Below, piece after piece: positions 42,832 through 52,500 of a DNA stretch of 64,000 nt. Both the position numbers and the translations under genes were made by a program. The notes under the pieces were generated by a model. The model had not been told where the DNA came from, did no database searches, and was given only the letters and a program-made list of their open reading frames with translations. Location of the stretch: positions 5,030,510 through 5,094,509 of the forward strand of contig OZ257154.1 of assembly GCA_965279325.1 (NCBI GenBank), written 5' to 3'. Position 1 is the stretch's first letter, and each line of letters begins with the position of its first letter. Origin of the DNA: Burkholderiales bacterium. Lineage in GTDB: Bacteria; Pseudomonadota; Gammaproteobacteria; Burkholderiales; Ga0077523.

Positions 42832-43000
42832 GCGGTCCTCCGGACGGAGCTTGTTTCGAGAGAGCGCGAGTGTAGCGCAGCCGATCGTGTCGCCGTTCCT
42901 GCGAGAGTGCCGCAGGCCCGATGTGTCGCACTGTTTCATGTGCACCGAACGCGTGCGCGATCGTTGAGCGCGCACGCCATGGTTTCCCGGAGGACCGCTC

Positions 43001-43435
43001 GTGATCATCGTCGTCTGCTTCTGTGCCCTGTTGATCACGATCACGACTCTCGCGCATTTCGAGTTCCTGACCGGCCTGACCGTTGCCCTGCCGCGACTGC
43101 GCATGCCGCCCCGCAGGAAGCTGGTCGTCGTGATCTTCACCCTGTTCCTCGCGCACGCCGTCGAGATAGTCGTCTACGGCCTCGCGCTGTATCTGCTGAT
43201 CCGCGGGTTCTCGGTGGGCGGCCTGTCGGGCGCCGGCGGGCTGACGCTCGCCAACTGCGTCTACTTCTCTGCGGAAACCTACTCGTCGCTCGGCTTCGGC
43301 GACGTAGTCCCCACCGGCCCGGTGCGGATGCTGGCTGGTGCCGAGGCGCTCAACGGCTTGCTGCTGATCGGGTGGTCGGCTTCGTATGCCTACCTCGCCA
43401 TGGAGCGATTCTGGAATGGGGGGCCGACGCCTTAG
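43001..43435 (+). CDS. Minimal two-TM potassium-channel pore protein
   Basis: GTG start with GGAGGA SD. Selectivity-filter-like TYSSLGFGD between two hydrophobic helices. 144 aa, no cytoplasmic gating domain. Confidence 0.65.
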   Translation: MIIVVCFCALLITITTLAHFEFLTGLTVALPRLRMPPRRKLVVVIFTLFLAHAVEIVVYGLALYLLIRGFSVGGLSGAGGLTLANCVYFSAETYSSLGFGDVVPTGPVRMLAGAEALNGLLLIGWSASYAYLAMERFWNGGPTP

Positions 43436-44109
43436 CGCTGCTCGGGCACCACGCCTTCGATCAACTCCGGCCCGTCATTCCTCGCCGCGTTCACCCGCGT
43501 GCTCACGGCACGCGCCATCATTTCATCGGCGGGTGACGGCACGAGCAACGCTTCGGCATCGCGCAATGCGGTGGTCGGGTCCAGCCAGCGCGCGACATCC
43601 GACGCATCCAGAATCACCGGCATGCGATCGTGGATCTGCTCCATGCGTTCGTTGGCACTCGTGGTGATGATGCAGCACGAAGCCGGACCGCCGTCGACGC
43701 CGGGTTCGTAGAGACCGGCGAACGCGAACACGCGATCGTCGGCCGGGTAGATGTAGAACGGTTGCGTCGGCCCCGACGCCGGGCGCCGCCATTCGTAGAA
43801 TCCGCTCGCGGGCAGGACGCAGCGCCTCGCCTGGAACGCGTTACGGAACATCGGCCGCTGCATCAGCGTGTCGGCCCGCGCGTTGATGGGCTTCGGGTAT
43901 TTCTTCGCGTCCTCGCCCTTGTGCGCCCACACCGGTTCGAGGCCCCAGGTCATCAACTCGCCGATTCGACCCCGAGGTGTTTGCCGGATGACCAGCACCG
44001 GCGTCGAGGGTGCGATGTTGTAACGCGGCACCAGGTCGGGGATCTCGAGGAGGTCGAATTGAATCGCCAACTCGCGCGCATTCTCGTTCAAGGCATACCG
44101 GCCGCACAT
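43432..44109 (-). CDS. SOS response-associated peptidase (SRAP/YedK family)
   Basis: ATG at 44109 gives MCGRY (catalytic Cys2). RYNIAPS, SGFYEW and the C-terminal HDRMPVIL motif are present. Confidence 0.85.
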   Translation of the reverse strand: MCGRYALNENARELAIQFDLLEIPDLVPRYNIAPSTPVLVIRQTPRGRIGELMTWGLEPVWAHKGEDAKKYPKPINARADTLMQRPMFRNAFQARRCVLPASGFYEWRRPASGPTQPFYIYPADDRVFAFAGLYEPGVDGGPASCCIITTSANERMEQIHDRMPVILDASDVARWLDPTTALRDAEALLVPSPADEMMARAVSTRVNAARNDGPELIEGVVPEQR

Positions 44110-44159
44110 GGCTGGCATTATATTGGCGGGAAAATACACCAACCGTCGTTCGCCCCACC

Positions 44160-44849
44160 ATGTCGGCTGCCTTTCCACTCCGGGTCATCGCCCTCCTGCT
44201 TCCGCTCGTCGCCGGGTCCGTTCATGCCTATGAGTACGCCGGGCTGAGCCGATCCCTCGACCCGGCGGCCCTGCTCGAGCTGTTCCCGGATTCCCGGCAC
44301 GAGTTCTGGGAGCGCGGCACGGGCAGCATCGCGGTGCCGGACGACGAGGACAAGCGCTTCGACCAGCTGCTCAAGGAAGGCGACGGCCGCTATGTCGTGC
44401 GCCTGGCGCCGGACGACACCCGGGCCGAGGTCACCTCGGTCAGCATGACGCTGGATGCGGGCGAGGTGCTCCGGATGTCGCTGGGCTTCGAGCGCGAAGG
44501 GCAGGGGATCAAGCCCGAGTCGATCGAACGGCGGTTTCCGATCTGCCGGGGCGTGCTCGATTCCCTGATCGAGCGCTACGGCGATCCGGACGGGTTCACC
44601 ACCCGGCTCGAAGACAATCTCGAGCATCGCCTGAGGACCTGGAGCAGCCCCCGGGGCATCATGCGGCTCGATTGCGGGCGCTTCGTGGGGCGCAAGCAGA
44701 TCTTCGCCATGGACCTGGAGTTCGAAGCTGGGGCGGTCGAGGCGGCCCCGCCATCACCGCCGCCGCGGAAACCGGCGCCCGTGGCGAAGCCGGCGCCGGT
44801 GACGAAACCCGCCGCCAAGCCGCCCGCCAAGCCCGAGCGGAAGAAGTGA
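44160..44849 (+). CDS. Hypothetical secreted protein with Pro/Ala/Lys-rich C-terminal tail
   Basis: ATG at 44160 gives signal MSAAFPLRVIALLLPLVAGSVHA. Tail is PPSPPPRKPAPVAKPAPVTKPAAKPPAKPERKK. No family recognised. Confidence 0.5.
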   Translation: MSAAFPLRVIALLLPLVAGSVHAYEYAGLSRSLDPAALLELFPDSRHEFWERGTGSIAVPDDEDKRFDQLLKEGDGRYVVRLAPDDTRAEVTSVSMTLDAGEVLRMSLGFEREGQGIKPESIERRFPICRGVLDSLIERYGDPDGFTTRLEDNLEHRLRTWSSPRGIMRLDCGRFVGRKQIFAMDLEFEAGAVEAAPPSPPPRKPAPVAKPAPVTKPAAKPPAKPERKK

Positions 44850-45595
44850 CCGAGGCGACCCACGCCCCGGTGCCGGCACCCACCGGCCACGAACTGCGTC
44901 CCGGCGGAGCGCTCGGGGCCTTCGTCGAGTGCCTCTGGTTCGGCGCACCGACGGCCGACGAATCGCACTACGTCGTCGAGCCCGACGGGCGCATGGATGT
45001 CGTGCTGGCGTTCGACGATGTGCGTGGCGAGGCGCTGGTCTTCGGTACCGCGACGCGCGCGATGCCGTTCGAACTCGTGTCCGGACGCCGCTACCTCGGC
45101 ATCCGGTTTCGACCGGGACGTTCGCGCCGGATGATCGAGCACCGGCCGGTCGAGGTGCGCAATGCCCGCGATGCGGTGGTGCACGTGGCGGGTACGAACG
45201 TGCGCCACCTGCTGGATATCGCCGGCAGCTCCCGTGGTCCGCTGCAGGCCCTTCGATCGGTGGCTGTATCCCTCGACGCTGCGGTGGGCACTCTCGATCG
45301 CCGTGAAGATCTCGTCACCGCACTGGCCGCCTACGTCGATCGGCACGATGGCAACGTCAAGGTGGACGACCTTGCGCACCAGGCCGGACTGAGCGAGCGG
45401 CAGCTCGAGCGCCTGTTCGTGGACGCGATCGGCCTGCCGCCGAAGCTCTACGCGCGCGTCCTGCGCTACCAGCGCGTCCGTGCAGCGCTGGCATGCGGTG
45501 CGAAGCCCGGGGCCGCGCTCGCGCAGCGCTTCGGCTACACGGATCAGTCGCACCTGCTGCGGGACCTGCGATCGCTGTCCGGCTTCGCCCGCTGA
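44846..45595 (+). CDS. AraC-family transcriptional regulator
   Basis: C-terminal HTH pair (VDDLAHQAGLSERQLERLF ... RFGYTDQSHLLRDLRSLSG). Start is tentatively the GTG overlapping the upstream stop (GTGA). Upstream codons of track ORF 44672 overlap the previous gene. Confidence 0.75.
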   Translation: MTEATHAPVPAPTGHELRPGGALGAFVECLWFGAPTADESHYVVEPDGRMDVVLAFDDVRGEALVFGTATRAMPFELVSGRRYLGIRFRPGRSRRMIEHRPVEVRNARDAVVHVAGTNVRHLLDIAGSSRGPLQALRSVAVSLDAAVGTLDRREDLVTALAAYVDRHDGNVKVDDLAHQAGLSERQLERLFVDAIGLPPKLYARVLRYQRVRAALACGAKPGAALAQRFGYTDQSHLLRDLRSLSGFAR

Positions 45596-45687
45596 TGTCG
45601 GGTTTTTACAAGATCGTACCGGCGCCGGGCCGGTAGCCTTCCGTTCGTCGCCGTCGCGCCGACGGCTCAACGACCGGGAGTCACGCC

Positions 45688-46068
45688 ATGACGTTCAACG
45701 CCGGCATCGTCACGAGCAAGTTTGCCGAGACCAAGGCCTTCTACATCGACCAGCTCGGCTTCGAGCTGGTGTTCGAGAACGAGTTCTACGTGCTGCTCAC
45801 CGGCCATGGGGACCAGATTTCCTTCCTGCTGCCGGAGCACCCCACCCAGGCACCGATCTTCCAGCCGGCTTTCGGCGGCCGCGGCGTCTATCTCACCGTC
45901 GATGTCGAGGACGTGGATGCCGAGTACGCCCGCGTGAAATCACGCGGCGTTCCCATGGAAGTGGACCTGCGCGACGAGCCGTGGGGCGACCGGCATTTCG
46001 CCGTGGTCGACCCCAACGGTGTCGGCATCGACTTCGTTACCTATACCGAGCCTGGGAGCGCTTCGTAG
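45688..46068 (+). CDS. VOC (glyoxalase/bleomycin-resistance) family protein
   Basis: 126 aa. FY.D.LGFE.....E.YV.L and DPNGV.I.F patterns. 3' end overlaps the convergent PEP-CTERM gene by 32 nt. Confidence 0.8.
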   Translation: MTFNAGIVTSKFAETKAFYIDQLGFELVFENEFYVLLTGHGDQISFLLPEHPTQAPIFQPAFGGRGVYLTVDVEDVDAEYARVKSRGVPMEVDLRDEPWGDRHFAVVDPNGVGIDFVTYTEPGSAS

Positions 46069-46579
46069 CGCCAGCGAGCAGGACGATGCCGGCGGCGAGC
46101 AGCGCCCACGTGCCGGGTTCGGGAATCGCAAGCACCTCGAAGCCGGCACCGGCCGGGATGGGCAGCACGTTCTGGCCCACCACCACCCCGGGATTGAAGG
46201 CGACCAGCCCCACCGGTGCGCCTGGCGCGATGGTGAAGCGCAGCGTCGCCAGCACGGCATCGGCTGCAAACGATTTTTCCGGCAGATAGAAGACGGCACA
46301 ACCGTCGGAGATGCACGAACCGAAACCGCCGTCCGTCAAAGCGGGAGTGCCGGTCAGGGAGACGAAGCTGAGCACCCCCGCCACGCCGTCGATGTCGGGC
46401 ACGATGTCCAGCGCCTCCAGGATGGTTCCGGCCCGCGCATTGACCGTCAGTTCGACGTTCTCGCCCGGCAGGCCCTTGGTCTGCCCCGCATAGAAGATCT
46501 CGGCAGTGGCGGAACCCGCCCACGCGAGGGTCGAAAGCGCGGACAAAAGATACAGCGTGATCCTGGTTACGGTGTGCAT
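46037..46579 (-). CDS. PEP-CTERM sorting-domain protein with cohesin-like beta-sandwich body
   Basis: ATG at 46579 is 1 nt after the giant gene's TGA (46581-46583). Signal MHTVTRITLYLLSALSTLAWAGSATA. Body has GLPGENVELTVNA....LEALD and ATLRFTIAPGAPVG patterns. C-terminus IPEPGTWALLAAGIVLLAGATKRS. Confidence 0.75.
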   Translation of the reverse strand: MHTVTRITLYLLSALSTLAWAGSATAEIFYAGQTKGLPGENVELTVNARAGTILEALDIVPDIDGVAGVLSFVSLTGTPALTDGGFGSCISDGCAVFYLPEKSFAADAVLATLRFTIAPGAPVGLVAFNPGVVVGQNVLPIPAGAGFEVLAIPEPGTWALLAAGIVLLAGATKRSQARYR

Positions 46580-46580
46580 C

Positions 46581-49500
46581 TCAGTGCCTCCGATTGGCGA
46601 TCCATCCGGTTTCCGCATCCGCTGGTCGGGTCAGCAGCCGAGGTTGTAGATTACCTGCAATTCCCGGGCTTGTGCCAGGCTGCGATGTCCCCTGACTGGC
46701 CTGACCGAGCCACTGTGGCGGCGTGGGCACGCCGGCCCTGGAACTGCCCTTGCGCTCCGCGTCGCCCACCACCGGCGCGTACGGGGAATCCGACCCCCGC
46801 GGGCCGCGGTTCGACGTCTCCGGGCCAACATCGCCAGGAGGTGTCGTGCGGAAACTGGAGGTCCAATCGACGAGCTGCGCCCTGAGTTCCGGCACGGCGC
46901 GCGGCGGGCGGGCGACGAGTAGCGTGGTGTCGGTGGGATCGGCTCCCGTCACCGGTCTCGGATTCAGGGTCAGGCCGTCTTCGTTGAGGCTGGCCCATTG
47001 CAGGTCGATCGCGTAGCGCCCCGAGGCCGCGTGGTCCTGCACGCGGAAGTCGATCTCCAGGACCTTGCCACTGCCGCCCGAGAGCGCCTCCAGGCGGCTC
47101 ATGTCCACCTTGAGGAGGCCCGCTGAATCCGACTTGAGGAACCAGCCGAAGTCGCCCGTGAGGCCGCTGCGGCGCACGTCGAGTATTTCGAGTGCGCTGG
47201 CGTCGTAGCCGATGCGCAGCTGGACCGAATCCAGGCCTGCGGCGGTATCGAGCTGAACCGGGACGGTGACGATCTGCCCGGGGGCGGCGGTGCCCGCGGC
47301 TCCCAGCGTGAGCAAGGGGTCGGGACCACTGCGGAAGACGGCGGGCGGCGAGGCCGGGAGGTCCGGGATCTCCGGCACCGGCAGCGAGAGAATCTTGCGC
47401 TGGACCAGCAGGGCATCGGCGGATTCGAGGCGCCCCGACCCGCCCGTGTCGCCGATGATCAGGGGATCGGCCAGCGGATAGGCGCTGAACCCGGTGTCGA
47501 GCCGCAGCACCACGCGCTGAATGCGTTGGGCATCGAGCGAGGAGTAGGCGGCGTTGCCGGTCGTGTCGCCGATGTAGGCGATGACCTGGATCGCATCGTC
47601 GTCGCGAACCCCCGCCGAGCTGCCGTCGATGGCGACGTTGCGCACGTCGAGTTGCTGCTTCGCGCCATAGGGTGCCGACGTGGGGACGGTCCCGAGCAAC
47701 CGCCCGAGTTCCAGGTTGGCACCACTGACCGGCGTGGCGAAGACGATCTTCACGGCGGCTACGCCCGGCGTGGTGAGGTCGACCGTCGCCGTGCCGCCAG
47801 CAGGGTTCGATATGCCGGACACCTTCAGCAGGGCCGGATCGTAGTGGATCTCCAGTTCTGCCGTTGTGAACGTGCCGGCATTCGCGATCCGGATCGGAAC
47901 ACCCGCCGGGCCCTGGGCCACGCCGATGTCCTGGTCCGGTCCGCGGGCGAAGTCCGCGATGCCGATGCGTGGACCGCTGCTGCCGGTCACGGTAAACGCG
48001 GTCACGTAGTCGTCGCCCGCCACGCCGTCGGCGTTGCCGTCGAGCGCGATGCCGGTCAGGTCGCGCAACGCCGTGGCGCCGCTTTCGATCCGCACCGTGT
48101 AGCTGCCATCCACGAGCGGAATGCCGGTGTTGACGAAGACGAGGCCCTTGCGGTCGGCGTCGAGCGCGATCGAGCCGCGCACCACGCCTGCGGGACCCGT
48201 CACGACGACGTCGGGTAGGCCGAACCCGCCGCCGGCACCGTCGTAAAGATTCAAGCCCGCAGTGTCGTAGGCACGATTGAACTGCACATCGAAGCCCGAG
48301 GCGGTCGGCGTGAAGCCGGTGACCACGAGCGGCGCGTGCAGGATGCTGAACGCGACATCCGACCGGTCTCCGATCGCCGGATTGGCCGATTGCGTGATGC
48401 GCACGAAGTAGTTGGTCCCGGCGGGGAACAGCGTCTCGTCGACCGTCCACTGGTAGAGGTCGTCGTTCGCTTCGTTGGCCGCGATGGTCGTGAACGGTCC
48501 GCCGCTGCCGGAAGCCGAAACCGCGATGTCCACCGGACCGGCGAAGCCGTCGTGCCGCCAGCGGATGTCGAACGTGCTCAGCTGGGGGATCGCCTCGCCG
48601 CCGTTCGGCGCCATGACGAGCACGTACTGCACGGGGCTCAGCGAGGCCTGGAACGTGTTGCCGTACGCGCCGACGTTGATGTAGCCGCCGTTGGGGGGCG
48701 GTTCGTTGGCGAACGGATCGCCGGCGTCGCCGCGGTCGATGGCCGGGGACTGCTGCGCGTCCGCGATGACGATCGGAATCGGCAGTTCGGCACGTCCGGG
48801 GATACCGAAGAACGACGGCCCTTCCACCGGAGCGAGGGACCCGCCGTGGTAGCTGCCGTTCAGGCTGCGCTCATGGAAATCGTCGTCGCGGCCGTCGCTC
48901 ACGCCGGCCGAATAGCCGAGCACGCCGTCGGCGCCGTCCGGATCGACGAACAGGGGGTTGGCGAAGATGCTGTCGGTATCGGTGCCGGTCGCCGTGCGCC
49001 AGGCAGCGAAGGAGCCGCGCGCCGCATTGCCGAAGAAGCCCACGCTGCCGGTCCCCAGGAGCCCGCGGAAGAAGACGTTCGTGTCCGACGTGAAGCCCGT
49101 CGGCGAATCAGGGGCGACGCGCACGCCGAACCCGTTTTCCGCCCAGAGGATGTTGTTCCGGATGCCGACACCGGTGGAAGCGCCACCGATCTGCAGCGCG
49201 TCGCCCGCGAGCGCGAACAGCGTGTTGTTCACGATCTCGGCGCCCGGCGCGCCGGTCAGGACGAGTGCGGCGACGTCGGTGTCATAGACGAGGTTGTTGC
49301 GGGCCAGCACGCCGCTACCGCCCAGCTGCATGCCGATCGGGCTGGAGTACACGACGTTCTCGAGCGCGTCGCTCGAGCTCGCCCGGATGCCCACGGTGGT
49401 GTTGCCGTACACGCGATTGCCCTGCACCGTGGCGCTGTCGGCATCGATGCCGATCGCGTTGGCGTAGATCACGTTGGACAGTCCGACCGCACCGCGTCCG

Positions 49501-52500
49501 AGCCGGAGTCCGATGGATCCGGCGCCGGTCTGGCGCGTCACCGTGTTGCCGGCGAAGACGACGTTGCCGTAGGCCTCGGCGCCGAGACTGAGGTTCTCCC
49601 AGATCAGGTTGCCGGTGCCGGGCGCGAGGTCCTTCGAACCCACGAGAGCGGAGCCGCCGACGGTGTTGTCCACCAGCATGCCGCGTGAGTTGCGCAGACT
49701 GAAGTTGCCCTGGATGAGTGCTTCGCCCGGATCGCGGATCTCGAAGCCGTAACCGGTGTTGTCGTCGGCCACGTTGCGCAGCACTTCATCCACCGGTCCG
49801 CGCAGGGCGAACCCGCCGCCACGGTTCTGGGAAGCCGAGGAGTCGGTGAGCGTGCCGATCGCGCCCGAAATGAAGATGCCGTAGCCGCCGTTTTCATGTG
49901 CGGAGAGGGCGTAGAAGTCGTTTCCGGCCGAGTTCGTTTCGAGACGGATGCCGTCCAGCGCGTGCCCGAACACATCGAGATCGTGCACCGAGAGATCGTC
50001 GGCGCCGTTGTGTGCGTAGAGACCGCGTTGGGCGTCGCGCAGGGTGAGGTGCGCCACCTCGACCCCATCGGCGTCGTTCAGCTCGATGAGCGGCCGCGAG
50101 CGGTCACCCGGGATCGCCGGGAGGAGCGCAGCGATGCGGGCGGCATTGGTCGGCCCGGTCAGCAGGAATCCCCGGTCGAGACCGAGTCCGAGGTTGACGC
50201 TGCCCGAGACGGCGACCGGGTCGATCATCGAATAGACACCGGTGTCCACGAAGATGCGCGAGCCCGGCGTGACGTCGTAGACCCGCAGCAGGTTGGTCGC
50301 GAAGGGCTTCGGCGCGCTGGCGACCTTGCCGGTGTTGCGGTTGTTGCCCACGGCGGCCGGTGTGTACTCGTCGTTCGTGTTCGAGCCGTCGTCCACGAAA
50401 TAATCGGTACCGGCTTCCGGCACGGTGAACGGTTCCTGGCTGCGGTCGAGCACCAGCGGGTTCGCGACCCACGACACCTGGATGCGCAGGCCCTTCGTGC
50501 CGAAGGCGATGCCGCTCGTGGCCGGCGTCCAGAGGAATTCGCCGTCGTCTGGCGTCGCGGCCGCAATCGTGGCGAGGAAGGCCGGACCGTCGGGCGTATC
50601 CCGGTACAGATCGATCCTGACGGCCGAACCGCCGGTGTTGCTGAAGCTCTCCCAGCGGATCGCGAGCGGTCTGTCGCGGACCGCATCCACGTAGAGATCG
50701 GGCGTGCGCAGCGCGATGTGCGCCACGCCCGGCTGCGGCAGCGTGCCCGGCGAGGTGAAGCGCTGCGTGCCGAACATCGGGAAGAACGCATAGTCGTCGC
50801 CGTGCCGGTCGACGAAACGCGGGCGCGCCCATTCCGGATTGACGACGGTGGCGCCCACCGAATGCAGATCGAAGCGCGCGATGTCGGCCTGCCAGTCGAG
50901 CACGTCGACGAAGTCGCGCGTCCAGAAGCCGACCTTGCCCTTGCCCGTGGCGTACAGGTTGTTCCAGTCGCTGAAGAAGCCCGTCTGGGAATCGTTGGCG
51001 ATGAACAGGTCGTAGCCGTCCTCGGTCCACAGCGTGTTGCGTTCCACGCGGATGTCGCTCGAACCGCCGGTGACCTGCACCAGATTGCCCAGCGGGGTGT
51101 ACATCGTGTTGCGTTCGATGGCGACGCCCGAGACCCCGTCCGCGAGCACCGCGATCTTGTTGCGATAGAGCTGGTTGTCCTCGATGCGGCTGTCGGTGGC
51201 GGCGACGATGCCGTTACCGTTCGAGCCGATGCGGTTGAAACGGATGGTGCCGTCCAGCCGGTCGATGCCGATGTCGTTGCCTTCGATCACGTTGGCCGAC
51301 GCGAGATCGATGCCGCCCACCGTGCCGCTGCCGGCGATGCCGCGCTTGTTGCCGGAAACGTGCTGGTTCTGGATCTGCGCGTCGACGAGTTGCACGCCCA
51401 ACGTGTTGCCCGTGATCTCGTTCGGCCTGGAACCCGTCGCAAATCCGAGTGCGCCGGCGGGGCCCGCGACGGTCGAGCGCACGCCGACGTCGTTGCCGCG
51501 GATGCGGTTCCCGTTGAGCGGCGCGGAGGCGTCGTACCGCACGCCGACGGCCGCGTTGCGGAAGTCGTTGTCGCGGATGTCACCGGCGAATTCGGCCTGG
51601 ATCGACAATCCCGTGCCGGACGCGAACACGTCGTTGTGCGCGATGAGGCCCTTGGCCGCTCCGGCTATCGTGATGCCCGTGGTGCCGCTGAACCGGTTGT
51701 GCAGGACCTGCAGGCCGCCGCTGCCGGCGATGGTCACGCCGTTGCCGCCGATCAGGTTGTCAACCAGCGCGAGGTCGTCCGCCGTCGTCGTGATGGTGAT
51801 GCCGGCCGCCAGGGTGAGCCGCTGGATCACGCCGCCCGCCTGCGCATTCACCGCACCGGTCACGATCGAACCGCCGCCCTGGGCACCGAGGATCGTGACC
51901 CCCGCATCGTTGGCACCCAGCGTGAAGCCCGAGTAAGCCCCGGGCGCGAGGACGATGACGTCGCCGGCGCCGAGGTCGTTCGCGTTCAGAATCGATTGCA
52001 CGCTCACCAGGGCACTGGCGAAGAACACGTTGCCCGGCAGTTCCGTCACTGTGCGCAGATAGGCCTGCGGCAGTCCCGAGGCGTCGTCGGTCCAGCCCAC
52101 GGTGGGCAGCCCGTTCGTGCCGACCGCCAGGTCGAGCGCGGAGAGCTTGCCGCCGGTAGCGCTGATGCCGCCGCCGCTCGCGTCGCCGGGCAGCGTTTCG
52201 ACGAAGCGCGTGCCGTTCCAGCGCTTGACGTAGATGCGCGCGTCCGGGTCCGCGTAGTCGGCGTTGTGGTGATCGACCCAGGCGAGGAACAGTTCGCCGC
52301 CGCCCGATTCCAGCTTGGGGTCGAGCGACCGGCGCGACGTATCGCTCACGCCCGTCTTGACCGCGCCGTCCGGCCCCGCGCTGATCCACGTCCCGCCGAC
52401 GAAGGTCTTGACGTAGATCTGTTCGAAGTCGTTGATGCGTTCGCGGTAGGCGACGAACAGCTGGTTGCCGAGCCACGCCACGTCCGGCTCGCGGCTCTCG

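Noticed and set aside
42832-42997. Perfect 12-bp inverted repeat (GCGGTCCTCCGG / CCGGAGGACCGC) bracketing the whole divergent intergenic region between the DsbA-like and K-channel genes.
   Set aside because: Each copy is simply the SD (GGAGGA) context immediately before the two divergent start codons. This is explained by two similar ribosome-binding sites rather than by a structural element.
43001-43435. The minimal K-channel gene as part of a novel system with the adjacent SRAP gene (a 4-nt convergent overlap).
   Set aside because: Both belong to common, independently distributed families. A convergent overlap does not imply a functional link. There is nothing unusual beyond the small size.
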